A stretch of 64,000 nucleotides of DNA from Octopus vulgaris (GCA_951406725.2 OX597823.1:53630001-53694000); one strand, 5' to 3'. Counted from the stretch's first letter, positions 41,143-56,149 are shown. The notes: generated from the letters alone by a model not told the origin. Made by a program: numbers and translations.

Positions 41143-41767
41143 ATATCAACTCCAGTATTTCTCTGTATCTCCATTTTCTCCATCTCTTTGTCAGAATTGA
41201 TAAAGATGGACAAAATGGCTTGCAGCATTGAATTACATCCCTTTGCATCCTGAATTCAAATCGTTTGGAGATCAACTTTGGCTTTTAGTCCTTAACCCTT
41301 TTGCTGTCACATTTCTGTTGAAATACACATCATTTGTTTCAATTAATTTCGAAAGTAATGAAGAATTTATTAAGCTAGTGTTTGCAACATTAACTGATTT
41401 CGAATTTTGGCACAAGGTCAGCAAAGTTGGGGAATGGGGTGAGTCAATTACAACAGCCCCATTGCTTGATTGGTATATATTTTATCAACCCTGAAAGGAT
41501 GAAAGGCAGAATTTGAACTCAGAACAAGATGGACAACATGCCACTAAGCATTTTGCCTGGCGTGTTAATGATTCTGCCAGCTTGCTGATGGAGGTTATAA
41601 TTTAGATCACTTTAAAAGAACAATTTTTTTTAAATCCTGGATCCAGGGGCAATCTCCAATAGGCTGCTTATAGAAGAGTTAAATACATGACCTTCAACTT
41701 ATAGCTGATTGAAATCCCCCAAACATATTAATGGTATTCTAATGATTTCACTCTTTGTCACAAACTC

Positions 41768-41841
<74 letters not shown>

Positions 41842-42061
41842 ACAAAGTAGATGTAGGGTTTTTAAATCAAAGCTGGACCTCTTCCTGTCTAGAGTCCCAG
41901 ATGAACCTACCTCACGGCAAGAGGAGCAAATGAGGGTAGCTATATCAAACTCCATTCTTTACCAAGTGCCACATATTAGAGGAGGCTCTTTGTAATAACA
42001 AGTGTAGCAAAATGGCAGTACATCAGCATGGCCACAGCTCTGAGCTGAAACTAAAAAGAAA

Positions 42062-42114
<53 letters not shown>

Positions 42115-42217
42115 GCAGTAATGTTGTATAAATGGTTGAATCATTCTCAGTACATAATTGGTTCTGAACTCAAAGGAGCCAACTGAAGAAGTAAAGTCTA
42201 ACGAGAAGTCCAGTTAA

Positions 42218-42437
42218 CCTTTTTATTACTGTATTTATTTTGAGATGCTCTGTGTGTCTTTCAATTACTTTAAATATAACAAAGAATTTAGTAAAATAAC
42301 TTAATTATCGTTCAGCTAGTGTTAGGAACATAAATTGTGACTGAGGTTTGGTGGAAGATTTTAATTCAAAACTTATGAAAACAAGACATTTGTACTTAGA
42401 GCCAGAGCTGGTTTCAGCCAGGTTGGTAACAAAAGGG
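42218..42437. mobile_element. piggyBac-like MITE with TTAA target sites
   Basis: ttaa|cctttttattac ... gtaacaaaaggg|ttaa; a related partial copy starts at 41292. Confidence 0.65.
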
Positions 42438-43185
42438 TTAATGGATTGAATTAAAACCCCAAAACGTATGACTGACACAACCCTGAAAGGATAAAATGCA
42501 AATGAACAGCTCTTTAATAAATAAGAGATAGTTTTTATTGCTGCAGCTGAGAATCACAACAAGAACAACAGTCAAAAGAATAAAATAAAAGATAACCATA
42601 AAAAGAAAAAAAACTGAATGTATTGATATTTAAATAAAAAAAATAGTAATAACAATAAGAAAAACTACAGTGATTCTGTTTATTATTGTGGCTGTGAATG
42701 ACTTCTGGGAGAATGTTTTGATGATTAAAAGGTTTGTAAGTCCTGTCAGATAAGGCAAAATGACAGATGTTGACATCACCTCCTTCAAGAATTTTGACAG
42801 AGGTTTAGTAATCACTCGTCTGTAGGGATACAAACAGACAACACACACACATACACACACACACACACACACATACTCACACACACTCATGCATGCACAT
42901 ACAGACCCACACACTCACTCACACGCACACACATTCACTCACTCACATACACATACATAGATACATGTGCAAGTACACACACATACACAAATATACACAT
43001 GTATGTGTAAAGACGTATACATATGTGTGTGTGTGTGTATGGATGTATATATTAAATACATGTATTAATAAAAATATATATCAACACAAGTATATATAAA
43101 TGCACACACACTATACACACACGTACAGATATCAAAATTAAACAAAAAAAATCTGTTTACACACACATATACATATATATATATA

Positions 43186-43231
<46 letters not shown>

Positions 43232-43387
43232 TGCACAGATGTTTATACAGATATATGTGTATATATATAGTACATATATATATAAATATGTCTATATACA
43301 TATACATACATATATACACAGGCACACATACATTCACACATGCTTGTATATATGTATCATATGTATGTAAATGATGTAAATGTGTAC

Positions 43388-43442
<55 letters not shown>

Positions 43443-43513
43443 TATATATACCTACATTCTGATATATATATATATATATATATAGGAGAGAGAGAGAGAG
43501 ATCAGAATGTAGG

Positions 43514-43546
<33 letters not shown>

Positions 43547-43985
43547 GTAAATGTGTATATTCATGCATGTGTATGAATATGTATACATGTGTGTATGCAT
43601 ATATAGATACACATACATATATACACATACATATACACACACACACACACACATATATCTCTATGGATATATAAATTAAAAAATAAATTTGAGGAAAAAA
43701 TAAACACATACAAAATTTTTTTATTTTCTACTGTTTTAATTCCTCGCTCTTTACACATCAAAATGGTGTTCTTCATGATAAACTTGCTAAACGTCACGTA
43801 TGTAAGTCCTATTTTGGCAGTTTCTTTCTTTCCCCTACACACACCTTACTTATAAATGATGATTTTTTTTTCCAGGGTGGGGTGAAGTTTCCCCATCTTT
43901 CTCTTTATATAATTAATCACTTCATATATTTATTTTTTTGATTAATTTGTCATTTACCTATTAATTATTATCATTATTATTATTA

Positions 43986-44050
<65 letters not shown>

Positions 44051-44234
44051 GTGGTGAGCTGGCAGAATCGTTAGCACACCAGGCAAATTCAGCCAAGGTC
44101 AACTTTGCTTTTCATCCTTTCGGGGTTGATAAATTAAATACCAGTAAAACACTGGGGTCGATGTAATCAACTAGTCCCCTTTCCCCAAGATTTGAAGCCT
44201 TGTGCCTTTACTAGAAAGGATTACTATTATTATG

Positions 44235-44272
<38 letters not shown>

Positions 44273-44632
44273 GTTGGTGAGCTGGCAGAGTCGTTAAGCA
44301 CACCAGGCAAATTCCACCAAGATCAACTTTGCCTTTCATCCATTTGGTGTTGATAAAATAAATTACCAATTGAGCACTGTGGGATTGAGGTAATCAACTT
44401 ACCCTCTCCCCTAAAATTGCTGGGCTTGTGTCAAAATTTGAAATCATACGGTAGTGAGCTGGCAGAATCATTAGCACATTGTTACTTTCTGAGTTCAAAT
44501 TCTGGCGAGGTTGACTTTGTCTTTCATCCTTTCAAGGTCAATAAAATAAGTAGCAGTCAAGCCCTGGGGCTGATGTAATCAACTTATCCCCTCCCGCAAA
44601 ATTTCAGGCTTTGTGCCTATAGTAGAAAGAAT
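44051..44632 (+). mobile_element. Three tandem family-2 SINE copies with (TAT)n flanks
   Basis: gtgagctggcaga heads at about 44054, 44277 and 44454, each followed by the actttg(c/t)ctttcatcc core. Confidence 0.8.
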
Positions 44633-44859
44633 TATTATTATTATTATTATTATTATTATACCAATTTTTCCCACCTCTATTTTTGGGGGGCAGGGGAGCA
44701 GTGTTTTTTTTCTTTTTCATAAATAAATATTTTAATTTATAAAACTTCATATAAATCAAATTCCTAACCATTTTTGTCATTCTTTTAGTTATTGGTGCTG
44801 TCGCTGTTGTTTTTTAATTCTTTATTATGTTTTATCTTTTTTTTTTTTTTAAATTGCAG

Positions 44860-45089
44860 TCGCTGGTAAAGAGGCATTCCAAGAACACACTTCCATCCAT
44901 TTTAAACATGCATGCCCAATGTGTGAATATAAATCAAGAACCGAAGGAAGACTGAAAAAACATATTGAGAACTTTCATAGCAACACTTCTCCAGAACAAC
45001 TGGCTGCCAATAAACAGAAGAAAGGCAAGATGCCGGCTAAACCAAAGAAATTTACTTGTAAAACTTGTGGCCATGAAACACCTACAAAG
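44860..45089 (+). CDS. hb: hunchback coding exon B: end of NF1, NF2, first half of MF1
   Basis: Poly-T tract and aaattgcag acceptor. The phase-1 join gives CHLCNFSVAGKEAFQEHTSIH-FKHACPMCEYKSRTEGRLKKHIENFH. Ends FTCKTCGHETPTK|gtact (phase 0). Confidence 0.9.
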
Positions 45090-45834
45090 GTACTTTTTTT
45101 TGTTTTTCTTATATTCTTGGATCTTTTCCATTGCTGTCACAAATTTGGAAATTTCAAGTTTAAGAGAAAATTTTCAAATTTGGTATGTTGATATAATTTT
45201 TTTATGCTGAATCCAAATTTGAGCTTCATTTATTCCAGAAAAAAAAAATTTAGCAAAACATTACTGAAGTTCAAAGTTTGATCTCTTTTTAGCCAATCAG
45301 AAAACAGAAATCAGTAGCCAGTATTTTCTGTGTGATAGTTATTTATCACAAAACTTGTAGTGGTTACAATGGTGAAAGTGCCACAGTCATGCAAATACAG
45401 TGTCCTTGTTACAGTGACAACAGAGCAGACTATAGCTTTGCTTGTCACTATGGAACGAGACACCAATGTGAGATTTACAGTCACGTGTATAATGGTGACT
45501 TTCGATTAGCTGTCTTTTTTATTTATTAATTTATGGCAAAAATGCATTTCATTTTCATACTCAGCATACAAGACTAAATCAGTATACCAAATGCTAAAAA
45601 TAGCATCCAAATCTCCCCTCAGATAACAATCTACTGTCAGCCTAGTTCTAAATATGCTAAGTCTGCAAAAGAAAAGACTTGATGGTCACCAGTGGAATGC
45701 CTTTCATCATAAATTTGTTCAATCATGGCTGATCTATGATTAAACAATAATGATTTTAGGATGGGGTTTAACCTTGGTCAGTTCTGGTAAGACAGACCTA
45801 TCACCAAAAGCATTCTAGCCAAAAACATCTATCT

Positions 45835-46080
45835 CATCATCATCATCATCATTTAACATCTGTTTTCCATACTGGCATCTGTTGGACAGTTTGACAGGAG
45901 CTGGCAAGCTGAAGAGTTGTACCAGGCTCCAATTATCTGTTTTGGCAGGTTTCTATAGCTGGATGCCCTTCCTAATGCCAAGCACTTTACAGAGTGTACT
46001 GGGTACTTTTTATGTGGTACCAGCACCAGTACGTTTTATATGGTGCCAGCACAGGTGCTTTTAATGTGGCATCAGCACAT
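45835..46080 (-). mobile_element. Family-3 retroposon 3' end
   Basis: catcatcatttaacatc..ctggatgcccttcctaatgcc. Confidence 0.7.
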
Positions 46081-46444
46081 CTATCTTTTGTATTTTTAAT
46101 GTAGTATATTTAAGACTATATTATCCAATTTATACTTTTTTAAAAATGTTATCTGAGAAAGATTTGGCTACTATCTATACTAGTTTGAGTGAGCTTGTAA
46201 AGGCGTCCCTTATTAACTAGTATTGATTTCTTTAAAGTTATTTTAATGGCCATAGGTTTTTTTGATAACTGAGTTCAGAGTTCATTTAGAAAGCCATTTT
46301 AATTATGACACCCTGCCTACACATGTACACACAAACCCCAACAGTAGCACAAACTCACAATGTTGTTTTATAACGTATACTTGCAATGTAATTTTATATG
46401 TATTTGTATGTAGTTTTATAAAAACATATTTATAATATAGTTTT

Positions 46445-46905
46445 GGCAGCAAGCTAGCAGAACTGTTGGCACACCAGGCAAAATGCTTAGCTGCTTTTTG
46501 TCTATCTTGATGTTCTGAGTTTAAATTCTCGTTGAGGTCAACTTTCACTTTTATGATTTCGGGTTCGATAAAATAAGTACCTGTGGAGTACTGAGGTCAG
46601 TGTAATTGACTTACCTCTCTCCCTAACTTGGTAGCCTCATGCCAAAATTTGAAACCAATATTCTGCATCTTAAAGACAGCAAGCTGGCAGAATTGTTAAT
46701 GTGCCAGGCAAAATGCTTAGCAGCATTCTGCCTGTCTTCACTTTCTGAGTTCAAATTCCTCCTCAGGTCAACTTTGCCTTTCATCCTTTTAAGGTCAATA
46801 AAAGAAGTACTAGTTGAACACTGGTGGTGGGGGGAGCTTTTTTGATGTAATCGACTTATTCAATCCCCTGAAATTTCTGACTTTGTGCCAATATTTGAAA
46901 TCCAT
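46445..46905 (+). mobile_element. Two tandem family-2 SINE copies just upstream of hb exon C
   Basis: Same head and core motifs twice. Confidence 0.78.
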
Positions 46906-46949
46906 TCTTATAATATTGTTTTAAAATATACGTATCTTTTTACTTACAG

Positions 46950-49901
46950 GTGGAATTCTGGTCACATGCCCGCTCTCATATGCGAGAGGATAAAGTCTTG
47001 AACTGCCAGTTTTGTCCGTTTGTCACTGAGTATAAGCATCATCTGGAGTATCACCTGCGAAATCATATGGGTTCAAAGCCATTCAAGTGTAGCCAGTGTA
47101 ATTACCGCTGCGTTAACAAGTCCATGCTAAACAGTCACATGAAATCACATACTAACGTCTACCCATTTCGTTGTCAGGATTGTGGATATGCTACTAAATA
47201 TTGCCACAGCCTGAAGCAGCATCTGGATAAGCTAGGACACATGCCATCCACTGTCCTTAACAGTGATGGCAGCCTTCCCCAAGGACTCGATAACAATGTT
47301 TCTCGGCTGAGATTTGCAAAAGGCCGACGTGTCAAAATAGCGTGCAGGGGTCCGACCCTGCGCAAACCCGATAGGCGCCAGTATATGCAGGGTGGGTTCT
47401 TTCCTATGGGGATGCCACCCCAAGTGATGAATGGAACAGTACTCCCACCATACTGGCATTTAATGAACCAGATGCCTCCGAATGGCTTTCATCCAGCTGT
47501 GCCAAGACCACCCCCGCCACTGATTCCAGTCTCTGGGACGCACTCAGGCGATCCGCACCAACATTCACCTCAACAACAACAACAGCAATCACCTTCCCAG
47601 CAACAACAGCCACCACCACCACCTCCTCCACAACAACAGCAACCACACCAACAACATCCACCAGCACCACAACAGTCACCACAACAGCAGCAACCACTAC
47701 CACACCAGCCACCACTCCAACAGCAACCACAACCACAACAGCAGCAGCCTCTGCAGCCGCCGCATAACCAGCAGCAACCGCAGCCTCTGCAACCACCTCA
47801 TCCCCCTCATGCCCCTTCACAACAGCTCTCACAAGGCCAGCAGCACACACAGCAGTCACAGGTTCAACTCCCAACACAGCCATCGCAGCAACATCCGCAA
47901 CAGCTTCCACAGCATCATCATCATACACAGCAACAACATCAACAACAGCAGCAGCAACAACAACAACAGCAACAACAGCTCTCCACTCTACAACAGTCTC
48001 AGAACCAACAACACCAACAACAACAGCAACCACAACAACAACAACCACAACAACCACCACAACAACCACAACAACAACCTCCACAACAACAAATGCAACA
48101 ACAACAGCAAACACAGCAAGCACAGCAGCATCAGCAGCATCCCCCACAAGATATTTCTGTTTCTACCTCAGTGACATCTGTTGTCAATTCAGGCTTGTAC
48201 AAGTGTACCTTCTGCAGTGTAACAACTGAAACTATGGAAGCCTTGAACAACCACCTCTTAAAAGTTCATGCTGCAGAGAACCAAGATTTATTTAATGCTT
48301 TTGGCATTTCCTCTGAAGCACTCCTTGAAGATCACAATTTGCGATCAACAATGATATCAAATACGTTTAATCAACCTGATGTTTCAGACACTAAACGAAC
48401 AGAAACATCAGATTCAATGTATGGAAGCTCTGATACAAATTTTCAGCAGTCAAACAATGGAAGTCCACAATTTACTGATATCAAATCTGACATAAAATCA
48501 GAGAATGTTCCACCGAAATCTAATGGTGTGGCTACACATTCCATAATTCAGTCCAGTGAGTCAACATCACCCCAGGCTAGCACAATCAAACAAATGATGA
48601 ACCGCTTTGGTATGGGTCCTCTTTCTGCATCTCAAGCCAGCCCTGATGTGCCACAAACAACTGAAATTCCTCTGGACCTACGTAAACCAAAGTCACCGAT
48701 CATGTCTACCCCTTTCATAGGTGGTGGTCATGACCTTGAAGGCAGAAATAACAACCTTCCTGGTTCTACTGTTCAGCCAACAAATGTTCTTACTTCCCCC
48801 ATCACAAGCATCCATAGCTCTGCGATGACAAACATGAAACGTACTCCTTTTCAAGAAGCCATACCTAAGAAACGATCTAGAAAAAGCAGAGCATTTAAGC
48901 GAGACACATTTCAAATAAAATATGAAGACCATCTGTCTATGACAGATGTCGATGAGGAACTTTCTCATGGTAATAAAAGCAGTAGTGTTAGCCCAGATGT
49001 GCCGCCAGATTGCATGGAACCTCAAACCTCTGAGTGTACATCAGATACAGCAGCATATTCCATGTACTCTGCGGATAAGAGAAAGACACCGACTGAAGAT
49101 TACCCTACTGGATCTTTCCGGTCAACTCCAAGCAACGAAAAGAGTCCACAAGGGACGGAAGAACATGTGATCAGCTATGAACAGCTTCATAAAAGTTTGC
49201 AGATTCTCAATGAAGAACTAGAGCATAAACCAGATATCTCTGGTCATCTTCCTAGCGGTCAGCTCAACGAGAGTATGTCAGTTTCACAACAACAACAGCA
49301 ACAACCTCCTCCTCCTCCTCTTCCTCCCCATCCTTCACAGCAGCCAGTACAGCAAAACCCCCAGCTAACATCACAGCAACTCCCACAACCTTCAACATCA
49401 GCCTCTGTATCATCCGACAGTGTTTCTGGTGATCTCTTACCTGAACAAATGAATCATTTCTTAAACACATATTATAGCCAACAAAATTCTTTGTCAGGGA
49501 TGCATCGTCGGGGTTCTAAAATTGCAATGCAAATAATCCAAGAGACAGGTAGTAGTAGCCAACACCAAGCAAACAATCAAACGCCTCCTTCAAATTCAAT
49601 GCTACCCCCACAACACAATGGGAATGTTCCCCCATTCAGACGTTACCCCATGAATCCCAATGACGGTGGCAATCCAAACAATAATAGCAATCCAAAAATG
49701 GATCGCAAAAACAAAGATCAAGAGAATGAAGAAACATTTGAGTGTGGGCATTGTGGCATTGTCTACAGAAGTTGTATAATGTATACCATTCACATGGGCT
49801 ATCATTGCCAACAAGACCCACTTAAATGCAACATGTGTGGACATCAAAGCAGAGATAAGATAGAGTTTTTTATCCATATTGCCAGAGCACCCCATGTATA
49901 A
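46950..49901 (+). CDS. hb: hunchback coding exon C: MF1-MF4 DNA-binding fingers, polyQ/P tract, extra finger, basic box, two C-terminal fingers
   Basis: Acceptor tttttacttacag ends at 46949. Hb-diagnostic fingers [32 protein letters not shown] and [10 protein letters not shown]. Also PLDL motif, [11 protein letters not shown] basic box, and C-terminal [17 protein letters not shown] and [15 protein letters not shown]. Stop TAA at 49899-49901. Confidence 0.97.
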   Translation: MEFWSHARSHMREDKVLNCQFCPFVTEYKHHLEYHLRNHMGSKPFKCSQCNYRCVNKSMLNSHMKSHTNVYPFRCQDCGYATKYCHSLKQHLDKLGHMPSTVLNSDGSLPQGLDNNVSRLRFAKGRRVKIACRGPTLRKPDRRQYMQGGFFPMGMPPQVMNGTVLPPYWHLMNQMPPNGFHPAVPRPPPPLIPVSGTHSGDPHQHSPQQQQQQSPSQQQQPPPPPPPQQQQPHQQHPPAPQQSPQQQQPLPHQPPLQQQPQPQQQQPLQPPHNQQQPQPLQPPHPPHAPSQQLSQGQQHTQQSQVQLPTQPSQQHPQQLPQHHHHTQQQHQQQQQQQQQQQQQLSTLQQSQNQQHQQQQQPQQQQPQQPPQQPQQQPPQQQMQQQQQTQQAQQHQQHPPQDISVSTSVTSVVNSGLYKCTFCSVTTETMEALNNHLLKVHAAENQDLFNAFGISSEALLEDHNLRSTMISNTFNQPDVSDTKRTETSDSMYGSSDTNFQQSNNGSPQFTDIKSDIKSENVPPKSNGVATHSIIQSSESTSPQASTIKQMMNRFGMGPLSASQASPDVPQTTEIPLDLRKPKSPIMSTPFIGGGHDLEGRNNNLPGSTVQPTNVLTSPITSIHSSAMTNMKRTPFQEAIPKKRSRKSRAFKRDTFQIKYEDHLSMTDVDEELSHGNKSSSVSPDVPPDCMEPQTSECTSDTAAYSMYSADKRKTPTEDYPTGSFRSTPSNEKSPQGTEEHVISYEQLHKSLQILNEELEHKPDISGHLPSGQLNESMSVSQQQQQQPPPPPLPPHPSQQPVQQNPQLTSQQLPQPSTSASVSSDSVSGDLLPEQMNHFLNTYYSQQNSLSGMHRRGSKIAMQIIQETGSSSQHQANNQTPPSNSMLPPQHNGNVPPFRRYPMNPNDGGNPNNNSNPKMDRKNKDQENEETFECGHCGIVYRSCIMYTIHMGYHCQQDPLKCNMCGHQSRDKIEFFIHIARAPHV
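47570..48145 (+). repeat. Coding polyQ/P/H low-complexity tract in Hb
   Basis: CAA/CAG/CCA-rich codons between MF4 and the extra finger. Confidence 0.95.
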
Positions 49902-50122
49902 GTTTTATGGTAACTATGTAAAAAAAAAAAAAATAATAAAAATAAAAACAAACAAACAAAAAACAAAAACACAGAGATAACAAAAAAAAAGGAAGAGAGA
50001 AAGAGAGAGAGAGAGAGAAAGAGAGAGATAGCAAAATGAGAAAGTGAAAACAATATTTGGTCAATGAGCAGAGATTAGTGGCAGCTGCACGTCCTTTGTA
50101 TTCTAACAAAAGCAAACAAGAA

Positions 50123-50181
<59 letters not shown>

Positions 50182-50368
50182 GAGTAATAATAATGATGAT
50201 GATAATGATAAAGATAATGGTCCATGTTAAATTTAGAGTCTCAAAATATCTTGCCAATTCTTAAAGTCTCAGGGACGGAAATATAACTTGCATTATTCTT
50301 AAGACTTTGTTATAATTGGCAAGTGTTCGAAGAAATGTCATATCCACAAAAACACACACACACACACT

Positions 50369-50405
<37 letters not shown>

Positions 50406-50988
50406 ACACATGCATGCAAATGCTCACAAACTTACGCATATGAACACATACACATACACATACATACACCACCTTTCCCTGTCCTTAATTCCATCATTAG
50501 TTTTCTTTTGTTTTATTTATTGGTTTCTGTCAAACTTCATATATATATATATGGGTGAGAGAGGGAGAGGTTTGTGTGTACATATAAATATGTATGTGTA
50601 TATATATATATGTGTGTGTATGAGCGTGTGTATGTGTGTGTGCATATATATACACATGTATATATCCTCGAGGCAGTTGATGTATATATATAAACACACT
50701 GTACGTACACAAATATATGAACATATATATACATATATATATATACACACACACATATATATATGTATACATATATATATACATATATATATACACACAT
50801 ATATATATATACATATATGTATATATGTAAACAGGTATATATACATGTCTATGTATATATATATATATATATATATATAGATATAGATATATATATATAT
50901 AAACTCACTGTACGTACACACACATATATACATATATATATATATACATACACACACATACATAAGCATATATATTAACCTAAATTCA

Positions 50989-51044
<56 letters not shown>

Positions 51045-51352
51045 TAATATACAAATACTATGTATATATATAGCTTTAGGACTGAAACATAAGAGTATAT
51101 ATGTATATATGTGTATGTATATAAAACAAGGTTAAATGTGGTATTTTTCTTGAAAAATGCCTCTGTAATTTTCATTTCTGTAGCTTAACTTCCAAATATT
51201 TGGTTATTATTTCTTAAATATGGCTGTCCAGTTTGATTGTTCAAATTGCTTATAAATATCTCTTCTGGCACTAAACAGCTGAGAGACACTATTACTTTGT
51301 TGCTTGACATTGTTTTCCTCAAATCTTATGAAGACCTTCTTCAATAAATTAG

Positions 51353-51402
<50 letters not shown>

Positions 51403-51420
51403 TAAATATATGTATGTATG

Positions 51421-51525
<105 letters not shown>

Positions 51526-51669
51526 TGAATTTACAAATGAGAGAGAAAATACGTTAAGTACAGATTAATTATTTATTTTTATTTATTTATATACTCGTTA
51601 TTAGAAGTTTGAAACTTCTTGCTAGGATCACTTCAAGTTTTGCAATTCCAATTATCAAATATGTGTGTC

Positions 51670-51728
<59 letters not shown>

Positions 51729-51786
51729 TATATGTATGTATGCATGTATATACACGTATTCATATATATATTCATATATATGTATA

Positions 51787-51824
<38 letters not shown>

Positions 51825-52116
51825 ATAGACATATATGTACAGATGCATATATGTGTGTGTATCTATGACAGTGTATTTATAAGTATGCATGTGTAGGTGG
51901 GTGTGTATATTTGTTTGGGGGAGATGTTGGTGGTGGGGAGCTGTACATTTTTTTTCCTAAATTTCAATGAACATAGAATTCTAATCCACTTTTAGCAAAA
52001 TATTTGAGTGACTTTTCATATAATTCTTATATGTATGTAATAACTGTTTCATTGACATCTTGTATCAGTCAGTTTCTGTCGTATTCTTTGGTATAAACAG
52101 GAACTAAACACAGAAC

Positions 52117-52160
<44 letters not shown>

Positions 52161-52855
52161 TAATAAATTTATATAACACACACACGTAAGGATTAGGAAC
52201 TTACATATCTGGAAATATGCATATATCTATGCTTCCATCCATCCATATATATATATGTATGTATATGTGTGCATGCATATATATATAATAATAATAATAA
52301 TAACAATAGTAATACATGCACACATGTGTGTGTGTGTCTGTATACATATTCATATATTAATACAAATTAAGTTGCAATAATTGTTTTTTTTTCTTTGGTG
52401 AGGGCGGTTGCTAGTCTAAAGCTTATCTTAAATCAAATTCTAATTTTAAATCAAAACAAGAGAAAGAAGTATTATAAATATTATTCTAGGTTATTTGATA
52501 AGTGCCAAATAAAATGCTTGCAAATGCCAAAATTTGAAATAATTTAAATGCTGCATTCTAAATATTGAACTCTTAACATTAATTGAAACAACACACATGA
52601 TAATCCTTTTAGGCTGCAAATATCTTCCATTTTCCGAAGCCATCAAATTTATTTTCATTTTTATCGGTATGAACGGTTGAGTGGTTGACACCATTTATTT
52701 ATAATAATAGATTCAATATTGTGGCAGAAAAGTGAGCTTGGACAAGAATGTCTGTATTTAGCTTTCAGTGGTTGCCCCCCCCCCCACGCCCTGCTGTCAC
52801 TAAATGTAATAGATAAAGAAAAAAAGCCTACTAGAAACGATGATAATAATAGTGT

Positions 52856-52917
<62 letters not shown>

Positions 52918-52975
52918 GTGCCTGTCATGATGATGAGGATGATGATTTCTTTCCTAGATGATGATAATAATAATG

Positions 52976-53023
<48 letters not shown>

Positions 53024-53947
53024 GTAGTTGTAATGATAATAATAATTATTATTATTATTATTATTATAACAACTATAACAATAATAATAATTATAATAAC
53101 AACAACAATAAAAATGATGATAATGATGACGATGAAATTAAGAATATGACATCATACAATCATTAAATGTATTAAGAACATCTTACCCATAATCTACCTC
53201 AACTGCTTGGTGGATAATGTATAACTACAGTAGATATCATGACAAATTTTTTTCATAATAATAATAATAATATATAGTTGCAGTAATAATAATAATAATG
53301 ATAACAATAATAATAGTAATTATTCTTATTATCATTATCATTAGAAGGTGGAGAGCTGCCAGAATCGTTAGCATGCTAGGCAAAACGCTTAGTGGCATTT
53401 CATCCATCTTTACATTCTGAGTTCAAGTTCCATCAAGGTCGACTCTGCCATTTATTCTTTCAGGGTCAATAACATAAGTATCAGTTGAGCCCCCTCCCCT
53501 GAAATTTGAGGCCTTGTGCGCCTTTATAAGAAAAGATTATTATTATTATTATCATCATTATCATTGTTATACTTGGCAGTTCTCTTTTTGAGATTGGTGT
53601 AACTATGAGAACTGCATTAATTTAGAAATCTGTTCTGTTGGGAACAGCAAGGATTGTAAGAAAGGTCCTCAATATCTAAGGAACCAGATATCAAGGACAT
53701 TGATTCTGAATGTAAAATATTTGTGCACACCATGGATAATAATAATAATAATGATGATTATGATGACAACAATAATGGTCATAATGGAAATGAATGTTTT
53801 CATGTCAAGACGAACAAAGATGATGACAATTTTGATGATAATGATCATATTGTTTTAGTAAAATCCCAAAGCAAACAGTATGAGAATATCAGCTCATTTC
53901 TAATAGCAATTAATTATAATGAGTCTCATAACTGTCATTATGTATTT

Positions 53948-54017
53948 GAAGTTATGTGATGTATAACACTGAATTATGTGATGTATAACACTGAAGTTAT
54001 GTGATGTATAACACTGA
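53948..54017. repeat. Minisatellite, 3 x 22-23 bp (gaagttatgtgatgtataacact)
   Basis: Direct inspection. Confidence 0.9.
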
Positions 54018-54862
54018 ATAGATAGATAGAGAGAGATAGCTAGATAGAGAGATAGACAGATAGATAGACAGATTGATTGATTGCTGATATTTGTCAACAT
54101 GAAACCTCAGGTTTCAGAAGTTAATATAAATTCTATTAAAAGGAATTAGCCAATAATGATAAACCTATGTGGGAGCCCTTGTATGATCATACAACTTGCT
54201 AGGTGTCCTACTATACCTGACAAATATCTTTAAATAGTACTCTACAGTCTGAATAACAAAAAAGGGACACATTAGATAACATGAGCCTATATATACTATG
54301 GCATGTTTAAATAAAAGGCAGGATGGCCCCACAACAAAACTGAGTCACATAGAAACCTCATTGAGGTTGCACAACATTTTAGAAATCTGAAAATAGCATG
54401 ATAGATTAACCATCCCCAGTTCAATCACTACATTTTAAAGAAAAGAATTAACACAGTCAATAACATGCTCCTAAATAAATACTATGTCTCAGAAAGAAAT
54501 AAGGAAAGATTACTGCTGGAAAAGAGCACAGACATTATATGTTTGAATTGTGACACTGATCTATTGTTGGTCTTATGTGACAATTTGGCAAAGAGGGCCA
54601 CTTAATTTAGTTCATTTCTGCCAATCTTAATATGGCAGCAGCTGCTTCCTACTATAAACAGGGTTCTGTATTAAGAAGATTCTTTTTAAGAGGTTTCTGC
54701 TTATGTCATTATTACTTATTAATGTACACTTATACATAGGTATTATAAAGTATAGTATAAAATATGGACACAGAGAAGCATGCCGCTATCACAGTATGCT
54801 CCTCGTTCAGACCTGGTTACCAGTCTATCTTCACCTTTTACATCTCCTGACTTTATGTTTCA

Positions 54863-54905
<43 letters not shown>

Positions 54906-55220
54906 AAATATAAATATATATACACACACACACACAATCATATATATATATATATACACACTCATGCATGCATTTATGAATCTGTTTGCATATGAGTATA
55001 TACATATGTATGTGTGTGCATGTTGATAATAGTATTTGTGACATAAAAGAACACATGTAAATTTTCTTTTTTTTCTAGTTGAAATATTAATTTTTTCCAG
55101 ATCAGTAAATATATTTCTGATGATGTGGGCAATGATAGCAAATAATTTCATTAAGTTAAGCATTATATTATGTATGTATGTGTATGTGTATGTATTTATA
55201 TATATATATATACATACATA

Positions 55221-55260
<40 letters not shown>

Positions 55261-55265
<5 letters not shown>

Positions 55266-55478
55266 CGTTATATAATTAGGGTTCAGTAAAATAATTTACC
55301 TTACCACACACTGAAACTTTTAGAAATAGCAGTCAAAACTTTTGAATAAACACTATCTGGGAGACTTTTCTTATAGTAGAAGAAATAGCAGTCAAAACTT
55401 TTTGACTGCTATTATCTAAAAGTTTCAGTGTGTGGTAAAGTAAATTATTTTACTGAACCCTAATTATATAACGTAATA
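55261..55478. repeat. Fold-back inverted repeat (~78-bp arms)
   Basis: 55261-55337 versus 55399-55478. Confidence 0.9.
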
Positions 55479-55567
55479 TTTTAAATATACCTTGAATGGT
55501 CCTTTTACATACTGAACACTACTTGGTGAAATTAATTAATGGTTAATTGAATTTACCCTTTTATTAT

Positions 55568-55604
<37 letters not shown>

Positions 55605-56149
55605 ATACAAGACAGGGCATAAATGATATACATAATGATCATTGCATATTTTCTTTATTGTAGTCAATTTGGCTTACATATGTTATTGATAGGTTTATTC
55701 AATCGGTCCATTGATCAGCGTCATAATATATATATATATATATATATACATACACACCCATCAGTATTCTGTTGACATCAATCGGTATTTTAGTTGTATG
55801 ATACGAAATACTATATAGAATCACTAATGAGCTACTACTACCTGTATAGTTTCAAGTATTCTTTAATTATCAATAGATGGGGGTGGCTTTAAATTAGCAA
55901 CCTTCATATATATCATACTACTATTGAAAGTAAATATAATAAATGAAATATAATTAAATATATCGTTAGCACTTGCATCACCATCATCATCTTCATCTTC
56001 GACATCTCATCTTTATTACTATCTCCTTTATCATTATGGCAATTATGATCATCTTGATTGTTGTTAACCAATGTCATCATCGTTTTCACCCTCATTGTCA
56101 TCATCCTTACTGCCAGCATATTAAAATAGACACTGATATAACTTGGATG

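Larger units (their letters stand above)
45090..46949 (+). other. hb: hb intron (1.86 kb, phase 0) interrupting finger MF1
   Basis: GT..AG ends; the join gives CKTCGHETPTK|[10 protein letters not shown]. Confidence 0.92.

Noticed and set aside
47404-48147. 247-aa Val/Ala-rich antisense ORF
   Set aside because: Shadow of the CAA/CAG polyQ codons on the opposite strand.
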